Part shown: one piece after another, positions 58,044 through 64,000 of the stretch
How the letters are laid out: each line of letters opens with the position of its first letter
Position numbering within the stretch: position 1 is the stretch's first letter
Source: a virus
Length of the DNA stretch: 64,000 bases
Direction: 5' to 3' (one strand)
Virus record (IMG/VR): IMGVR_UViG_3300037474_000152
Program-made: the position numbers and the translations under genes
The notes under the pieces: generated by a model
The model's database searches: none
Told to the model about the DNA's origin: nothing
What the model saw: only the letters and a program-made list of their open reading frames with translations

Positions 58044-58067
58044 GCGCGGTATAACGCGGTTTTAAAA

Positions 58068-58472
58068 ATGCCCAAACAATACGAAGTGGTTGAACCCGTC
58101 AACCACAATCTCAAAAACTACAACCCCGGAAACAAATTAGAGCTAGAAGAGGATGCCGCTCAACCTCTTTTGGAGCTGGGGAAAATCAAGGAAATAGGAG
58201 GACAGAGGGAGAGCACGCTACCTCCTGTCGTTGACGGCATTGGCACTTCATCAACAACCGAGGCTGACTTGCTCCAAAACCTACCCAGCCGAGCCGAACG
58301 AGAAGCCGAACTGAAAGAGAAATTCGACAAAGAAGGCTGGAAATCGATCCAGGCGATCGCTCAAATCCACGGCATTGTCAAACCCGCTGGGGGTTGGGAT
58401 AGCGCTATTCCCTTAATCCTGGATAGGGAATTCCCACCCAACAATGAGCCACCTCTTTTGACCACCCCATGA
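58068..58472 (+). CDS. Head completion/packaging accessory protein
   Basis: YEVVEPVNHN...Y.PG..LEL....AQPLLELGKI N-terminal module; position after MCP. Confidence 0.55.
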   Translation: MPKQYEVVEPVNHNLKNYNPGNKLELEEDAAQPLLELGKIKEIGGQRESTLPPVVDGIGTSSTTEADLLQNLPSRAEREAELKEKFDKEGWKSIQAIAQIHGIVKPAGGWDSAIPLILDREFPPNNEPPLLTTP

Positions 58473-58918
58473 TTTACGTGACCCCCCTTGACATGAAGGC
58501 TCTCTACAACCCAGAAACTCTCGTTCAAGCCACCAATTATGCCAATCCGAACGCCGAGACTATCAACGAATCGCAGTTGCAGAGCGCGTGCCAAATGGGG
58601 TCTGCGATTGCCGATAGTTACCTTTCTTTGTTGCCGTTAAATCCAATGGATTTCAACGATCGCTTTAAGTCGATGCTCAAGGTTCATTGCGCTCGGTTAG
58701 CTTTAGATTCGCTTGACGGGGCTAGTGCCGATCCGCAGATTCGGGAGCATGCAAAGGAAGCGTTGAAGTGGCTGGAAACATTGACCAAGCTGGGAAAGGA
58801 TGCACTGGATAACTTGGCAACCAGTAGCGACGTAACGCCAGAAGATGGCGTACTTGTTGAGCCTGCTGCCTCGGTGGCCTTTGTTGATGAGGGTCGTCGT
58901 TGGGAGCTGAGCTTTTAA
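58469..58918 (+). CDS. Head-tail adaptor, Mu gp36/DUF1320-like
   Basis: YVTPLDM...ASAIADSYL...LK.HCARLA...AKEALKWLE.L.KLG. Confidence 0.7.
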   Translation: MIYVTPLDMKALYNPETLVQATNYANPNAETINESQLQSACQMGSAIADSYLSLLPLNPMDFNDRFKSMLKVHCARLALDSLDGASADPQIREHAKEALKWLETLTKLGKDALDNLATSSDVTPEDGVLVEPAASVAFVDEGRRWELSF

Positions 58919-59607
58919 TGAAGTTTTCCGACTTTGTTTTGGCAATCAGACGGTTCAATCCTGCACTGACCCAAGCTCAAGCAAGCAAGGTTTGGGAAAC
59001 TTTCTTGCCTTTTCCACTCCAAGAAGCTATTGAGGAACGCATCGCCGTACTTAAAGTGCGATCGCGCAATCTTAAGGGCGACCCTTACGGGGGTGAGTCC
59101 CAAGCTCGGTCGCAATCCCAGCACTGGGTTGCCTATCAAGGCAGTAGTTATCCCGATTCTGGCGCAGCTCCTTTGCCGGGGGAAAGCTTCTCTCAGTCGA
59201 GAGAGCTGACGTTTGAGCACTATGTCGAGGTTGAAGACCTTAGACGGGATTACGAGAGAGCGCTGCTCATCCACGAATTAATTAAAGGGTTGCTCGCAGG
59301 GTATAGACCTTGCCACATCAAAGGGGTGAGGGGTCCAATGCGATTGGTTAGCGACGGACTTGTCTCCGCACGTACCGAAAACGAAACGGTCTATCGATAC
59401 AAGGCAACGTATCAGATCGGTTGCCTTTGGAGGCCTGCTGATATACCAGGGCTGTTTACCGTCGATCCGGATGCCGGGGATGGGTTTATTCCCGAGGGGG
59501 TGTTGGTTGGGATATTGCGATCGCCCGTCGATCGAGTGGGCGAACTGCCCGTAAGTCCAAAGTTTACTGATTTGAGGGTAGGGGAAGATGGTAGCAATTC
59601 TGGTTAA
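58918..59607 (+). CDS. Tail terminator/completion protein
   Basis: Between adaptor and sheath; TAATG coupling. Confidence 0.55.
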   Translation: MKFSDFVLAIRRFNPALTQAQASKVWETFLPFPLQEAIEERIAVLKVRSRNLKGDPYGGESQARSQSQHWVAYQGSSYPDSGAAPLPGESFSQSRELTFEHYVEVEDLRRDYERALLIHELIKGLLAGYRPCHIKGVRGPMRLVSDGLVSARTENETVYRYKATYQIGCLWRPADIPGLFTVDPDAGDGFIPEGVLVGILRSPVDRVGELPVSPKFTDLRVGEDGSNSG

Positions 59608-61105
59608 CCGAGGAACACCAGGTTATGAGTTATTGGTTGATTCGGCGGGTCCACAGACACCCGTCGTTGCAGTCTACAGTAGGTGCTACTTACTAATTAC
59701 AGCAACGGCGACTCTGACCAATCCACTGGAATTTGTACCGGTGGGAAGTATGGATGATTTTACCAACCTGTTTGGTTCATCTAGCGCTTTAATCCTCAAT
59801 AGCGTTGAGAACTACCTAGAGAATTTTGACCAGGGTTTGTACGTAGCGCGGATTGTTCCAGCCAGCATAGCCGCCGTAACAATTGGCACGCTCACCGCCG
59901 CTGCTACTTATACAGTGACAATCAACGGAACCCCAATCCCCTTCACTCTTGATGCTTCCCCCACAATGGCTGAGGCTGTATTAGCAGCCATAACGGCTAT
60001 CAACAATACCGAGGCGACAAACCTTGCAGTCGAAGCTGAGCCTAACCTGAACACAGATGGCACGCCCAATTATTCCACTGGGGTGTTTCGTTTGCGCTCC
60101 AAAAATCGTCAACCCTTCACGGCAACGGCAACTGGCAACGTCACTGTTTCGGCTGTGACCACCCCCACATCTCCTCAATACTGGGATTGGATTGCAGCTT
60201 TCAAAGAAACCGCCCGACTTTACGACGATGAAGCCCTTGGCTTCCTGTGCGCTCCTCAAGCTTTTTACGACACTCTTAACCAATGGGAGCGGACCCAAGT
60301 CGGCAACAGTATGGCGGAGTATGCCCGTGCCTTGCGCTGGGTTGCACTTCTCGATCCACACCAGCCGAGCGTTATTGACCACCCACGCAAAGCCAAGGCT
60401 GATGCAGCCGACTACGTTGCACCTCAAGGACACAGCTACTACTCCTATCCCTACTTCATCGACCGAGATTCTGACTATGTTGCTCCCTCGACAGCGATTG
60501 CCTCTGTGGGACTTCGCCGCTATTACGAACAAGGAATACAAGAGCCTCCCTGCGGCCCGCGTTGCGTTCTGAACGGCATATCAGGGGTGGCATACAAACT
60601 GGATAAGGCTCAGAAGATTGACCTAGCTGAAGCAAGTGTCAATATCAATATCTTTGAGCGCGGACGGGGGGCGATGCCTTACGACGATCTGACCCGCTCA
60701 ACCAATCCAGCGTTTGAGGCAATTAACGGGGTAGTGATTCTCAACAGCTTTGTAGAAACAGCCGAACGCACATTCAGGGCCTCTGACCTTATCCACACCT
60801 CGGTAGACAGCAGGGGTAAGTTTTACCTGCAAGTCCAACTGCTGCTTACTGGGGTTTGCCAACTGTTCTATGCGGCTGGTTGCCTTTATGGCATTCGGCC
60901 GGCTGACGGTTATCGAGTCGAATGCACGCCAGAGATGCAAAATGCTACAAACCTAGAGCAACGCATCGTCCAAGCGCGGGTGTTTCTTGTGCCAGTACCA
61001 ACAGCTAGAAGATTGCGGATTTATGCCTACCGAGTGGCAATCGATCAGATAAACGCCGCAATCGCAATCGTCGGCGGTTCTACCCAGTTATTGAACAACG
61101 CTTAA
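59588..61105 (+). CDS. Contractile tail sheath protein
   Basis: TPGYELL, VAPSTAIA, EPPCG...L.G, SVNIN, C..EMQ...LEQ..V.ARVFLVPVPTA..L.I. Confidence 0.9.
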   Translation: MVAILVNRGTPGYELLVDSAGPQTPVVAVYSRCYLLITATATLTNPLEFVPVGSMDDFTNLFGSSSALILNSVENYLENFDQGLYVARIVPASIAAVTIGTLTAAATYTVTINGTPIPFTLDASPTMAEAVLAAITAINNTEATNLAVEAEPNLNTDGTPNYSTGVFRLRSKNRQPFTATATGNVTVSAVTTPTSPQYWDWIAAFKETARLYDDEALGFLCAPQAFYDTLNQWERTQVGNSMAEYARALRWVALLDPHQPSVIDHPRKAKADAADYVAPQGHSYYSYPYFIDRDSDYVAPSTAIASVGLRRYYEQGIQEPPCGPRCVLNGISGVAYKLDKAQKIDLAEASVNINIFERGRGAMPYDDLTRSTNPAFEAINGVVILNSFVETAERTFRASDLIHTSVDSRGKFYLQVQLLLTGVCQLFYAAGCLYGIRPADGYRVECTPEMQNATNLEQRIVQARVFLVPVPTARRLRIYAYRVAIDQINAAIAIVGGSTQLLNNA

Positions 61106-61120
61106 GGGAGGGGTTAGCAC

Positions 61121-61558
61121 ATGCCTACACAATACGATCCGGCATCAGAAGCCGAGTTTAGCGTTCAACTGGGTGGCGATTTCGGGCAATACTTTTTTAC
61201 TAAGTTTTCGGGAGGCGATCGCTCAAGAGATTCGACCAAGTATCCGCTAGCCGATCGCAACCAGATGGGGAGTCTTGTAGGGCTGAGAAGCTATGGTGAC
61301 ATCAAACTGGAAACCGAATACATCCCCGAAATCCATGACGAACTTGACGACAAACTCTCTCGTTGGTGTGGCGAGAACCTGATTGTTCAGATTACGCCTC
61401 TCCAGCGTTGCTCCATTAACCTAGAGCAACGAGGAAGAATCAGAACCTATACCGGATGCAAGCCAAAGTCTGAGGCGTTTGGAGCTGTTGATCGGGGAGG
61501 TGGTAGACCTTCTGTTTTTTCAATTGAATTTACCGTCCAAGACATGGAATCGCAGTAA
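61121..61558 (+). CDS. Tail tube protein
   Basis: 145 aa after sheath; YFFTKFSGG...YGDIKLE...YTGCKP. Confidence 0.75.
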   Translation: MPTQYDPASEAEFSVQLGGDFGQYFFTKFSGGDRSRDSTKYPLADRNQMGSLVGLRSYGDIKLETEYIPEIHDELDDKLSRWCGENLIVQITPLQRCSINLEQRGRIRTYTGCKPKSEAFGAVDRGGGRPSVFSIEFTVQDMESQ

Positions 61559-61559
61559 C

Positions 61560-62195
61560 ATGCCAAAAGTTGAACTTTTATCAGACGCGGATAGCGAATC
61601 TCCAAACAACCACCCCTCCACCCCAGTAGAAGAGAAAACCCTATCATTCCCCTTGATCGGACAACCAGGGGAGGCAGTATTCAGGCTCCCCACTATTGGA
61701 AATGCGATCGCAGTTCAGTCTCGATATCCCAACCTTGAAGCAATAGACATCTGTCGAAAAATGGCAGAGGATGCGTTGATTAGCTGGGGGGATAACACCT
61801 CACTTCCTCCTGATGACGAGATTGACATGGCTGACGATTACGCAATGGTCGAACTATTCATGATTGATGGATCGACGGGGGAGTTTGACGTATTGCCGGA
61901 CAAAAGCCTTGCTTGCCAGACAGCCAAGGGCTTACTAGTTCTGCGCCGCCCAACAAGGGTCGATGCTCGTAAGGGCGAAAGCCTTTCGGCTCAAGTGCTC
62001 AAAGGCAAAGTAAACGCCATAACTTCAGATCTTATGTGGGCATGCGACTTGTGTGTCAAGTGGTGGAACGAAAGCCGCAAAATCATGCCTGGAGATTTTA
62101 ACGATCTACCTATCTCTGACTACGTGAACATTCAGGCGGCTTTGCGCTCCTTTTTTCCGCGTCGTACCGCGCCTAACAGAACAGGAGTATCTTGA
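61560..62195 (+). CDS. Tail assembly chaperone (short form)
   Basis: After tube; LRRPTRVD...DFNDLPISDY.NI..AL.SFF; slippery T6 near the end. Confidence 0.7.
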   Translation: MPKVELLSDADSESPNNHPSTPVEEKTLSFPLIGQPGEAVFRLPTIGNAIAVQSRYPNLEAIDICRKMAEDALISWGDNTSLPPDDEIDMADDYAMVELFMIDGSTGEFDVLPDKSLACQTAKGLLVLRRPTRVDARKGESLSAQVLKGKVNAITSDLMWACDLCVKWWNESRKIMPGDFNDLPISDYVNIQAALRSFFPRRTAPNRTGVS

Positions 62196-62337
62196 AGCGA
62201 CGTATCTCATGAATGGCGGCAACTTCAGCGGGTTCGAGGCTTACGAGCGACTGCCTGTAGAAGAGTGGCACGAGATGCTCAAAGTTCACAACCGAGTGGT
62301 AGAGCGGCACAACCGAGAGGTGGAAGGACGACAGTAA
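62151..62337 (+). CDS. Frameshift extension of the tail chaperone (gpGT-like) in the +1/-2 frame
   Basis: After TTTTTTC: FFRVVPRLTEQEYLEATYLMNGGNFSGFEAYERLPVEEWHEMLKVHNR...Q*; no upstream start with an SD. Confidence 0.65.
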
Positions 62338-63881
62338 TGCTAACGGGTGAGGCGACTGTATTTTCACAATTAGGTCAAGCCTTTAAGGGGTGGGTTTCGT
62401 TTGCCAGTGCCACAGATGACATAACAGACCCCGGCACCCTCGAAGAAATCAAGGGAATACTGGAAACCCAGTATAGTGACGGCATCACAAGTATAGACAA
62501 AGCCTACATAGATGGGGAAGACATCAGAGGTCAGTTTAGCGACCAACTAAACCTGCGCCTAGTGAAGCGCTACGCATTCCGCATCTCTGAGGATGACATT
62601 GCCTACAAGATGCTGAACAGCAAGGACATGGCAGCGTTTAACGAGGTGGATTTTGCGGCAACAAAGCCTGCGTCAGGGCGCAAAGCTCCCAATTGCAAAC
62701 CAGGAAATACTCGCTGTGGAGGTCGCTGTATTAGAGGGGAGGCTATCTGTAGGCCAAAGAATGACCAGGCAACCAAGGAAAAGGTAAAAGCGGTTAAGGA
62801 GAAAATCAAGTCAACTGAACCCAAGACAAAAACGACAAAGACTAAAAAGACATCTAATTCGGAAGAGTCAGTATCAGCTCAAGCCAAGCCAGTCAAAGAG
62901 GGTCAAAATGACCAGGCAACAGGAAAAACTAAAACACCTAACGAAAAATTAAAAGCAAAAAGTACTGCCAATAAAAAGCTAAAGCCAGAATTAGATGAAG
63001 ATGGATTGCCTTCTGCTGATGCTTTGTCTAGTGCTAAAAGGCAATCGCTGGGGGCTAACAGTTACAACGGAGAGCTAATAGGAAAAGCCAAGATCGGAGA
63101 AAAAGAATATTTTGTAAAAGGAATGCTTGGAGGAGAAAAAGCTGTTAATAACGAAATTGCCGTCTCAAAACTCGCAAAAATAGCAGGACTAGAAGAACAC
63201 TTCTTATCCGTTAAAAGCTTTGATATGGATGGCAAGCCAGCAGTGGCAACCGATTTCGTTAAAGGCAAAGACACTGTTGATATAGTGCCTAGAGAAGCCT
63301 TTAAAGGTGTCCCAGACAAAAGAAAAGAAGAATTGCTAGCTTTTGATTATCTTATTGGGTCACAAGACAGAAACCCCGCTAACGTCTTCGTAACAGACAA
63401 AGGCAAGATATTAATGATAGATAATGAATTTTCCTTAAAAAACAAAAGTGACAATTACAGCGACTTTGCCGAAGCTTACAACGTCGTGGCGGCTTCACGA
63501 TTTATCCAGAGCGATAACAAATTAAAACCAAGTAAAGATTTTATTTCTCGAATCAATAAAAACAAGAAAGAAATGGTTGAAGAGATGGAGTCAAAAGGGA
63601 TTGACTCCACGGGGTTTGTTAATCGACTGGAAAAAATGAAGTCAGGGGCAACATGGAAAGAACTACTTGGAGATGAGCAATGGGATGCATTGCCAACAAC
63701 AAGAGACTTAAGAAAACTAAAAGCGGAAGCTAAGCAGAAAAAAGAAGAGTTCGATAGAAGGATTGCTGAAGCACAAGCAAGATACGCCAACAGCGCAAAG
63801 CCCAAACCAGCTACTGCTGCTACGGTAGACGGTTTGTCGCTTTCGGCAGAACAAGTAGCTAAACTAATGGCAACACTATGA
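62337..63881 (+). CDS. Virion-region effector 3: shared carrier domain, Cys-rich motif, C-terminal HipA/PI3-4K-like kinase
   Basis: MLTGEATVFSQLGQAF leader (TAATG coupling); NCKPGNTRCGGRCI; YFVKG, NEIAVSKLA, FDYLIGSQDRNPAN, IDNE. Confidence 0.75.
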   Translation: MLTGEATVFSQLGQAFKGWVSFASATDDITDPGTLEEIKGILETQYSDGITSIDKAYIDGEDIRGQFSDQLNLRLVKRYAFRISEDDIAYKMLNSKDMAAFNEVDFAATKPASGRKAPNCKPGNTRCGGRCIRGEAICRPKNDQATKEKVKAVKEKIKSTEPKTKTTKTKKTSNSEESVSAQAKPVKEGQNDQATGKTKTPNEKLKAKSTANKKLKPELDEDGLPSADALSSAKRQSLGANSYNGELIGKAKIGEKEYFVKGMLGGEKAVNNEIAVSKLAKIAGLEEHFLSVKSFDMDGKPAVATDFVKGKDTVDIVPREAFKGVPDKRKEELLAFDYLIGSQDRNPANVFVTDKGKILMIDNEFSLKNKSDNYSDFAEAYNVVAASRFIQSDNKLKPSKDFISRINKNKKEMVEEMESKGIDSTGFVNRLEKMKSGATWKELLGDEQWDALPTTRDLRKLKAEAKQKKEEFDRRIAEAQARYANSAKPKPATAATVDGLSLSAEQVAKLMATL

Positions 63882-64000
63882 AAGTGATTATTTTTAATCT
63901 AGGCGAGCAAATGGGTTCGGTTGAATTAGATGGAGAAGAATTGATTATCAATGGAGACAGCAAGTTTGTCAGGTTTCTTTTGAGTTTATACGTAACTGGA
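63878..64000 (+). CDS. Partial small ORF coupled to the kinase (candidate immunity protein)
   Basis: ATGA overlap; MKVIIFNLGEQMGSVELDGEELIINGDSKFVRFLLSLYVTG..., open to window end. Confidence 0.5.
   Translation, partial: MKVIIFNLGEQMGSVELDGEELIINGDSKFVRFLLSLYVTG

Larger units (their letters stand above)
1250..58059. repeat. Dispersed motif CGCGG-YNTRA-CGCGG, ten copies
   Basis: + strand: 1250 (CACGG variant), 4949, 13817, 36284, 38315, 44410, 50095, 58045; - strand: 19350, 49033. Confidence 0.9.

Noticed and set aside
36387-58918. Transposable Mu-like phage
   Set aside because: Head genes are Mu-like, but no MuA transposase, MuB, gam or mor was recognised, and replication is initiator/DnaB type.
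923-63805. Many antisense or alternate-frame ORFs in the track (for example 923-1435, 3915-4301, 20268-20672, 47587 start, 62265 start)
   Set aside because: They overlap well-supported genes, lack motifs, or extend upstream of better-coupled starts.
1-64000. Genome-wide TAG recoding suggested by the AcrIII-1 amber codon
   Set aside because: Core genes (terminase, capsid, DnaB, sheath) are full length in the standard code, several genes end plausibly at TAG, and no suppressor tRNA was seen.
1-64000. tRNA or rRNA genes
   Set aside because: No cloverleaf with a T-loop consensus and no rRNA-like segment found by eye; a tRNAscan run would be needed to exclude them fully.

Overview
The whole window is phage DNA from a temperate contractile-tailed phage (Mu-like head/terminase genes, P2-like baseplate, lambdoid replication module). 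The host is a cyanobacterium, judged from about 40-45 HIP1 octamers (GCGATCGC, counted by eye). The order is circularly permuted: baseplate J/I and tail fibres (1-4.9 kb); an accessory region with an FtsK-like membrane ATPase module and a PAPS-reductase/MazG/AlkB operon; immunity and replication (CI/Cro-like, initiator with iterons, DnaB, Dam); a putative anti-defence operon; endolysin; terminase, portal, MuF, head, sheath, tube and tail chaperone. No integrase, transposase or host gene was recognised, so a phage-plasmid is possible. The most unusual signals are: (1) three paralogous virion-region proteins with a shared N-terminal leader/carrier/Cys-rich module and swapped C-terminal domains (GNAT, unknown, HipA/PI4K-like kinase), whose leader also starts MuF; (2) an AcrIII-1-like ring nuclease split by one in-frame amber codon; (3) ten dispersed CGCGG-N5-CGCGG sites at gene boundaries; (4) a portal fused to an InPase domain; (5) a tail-chaperone frameshift into the +1/-2 frame. 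All calls come from reading the sequence and remembered family motifs; no database searches were run.
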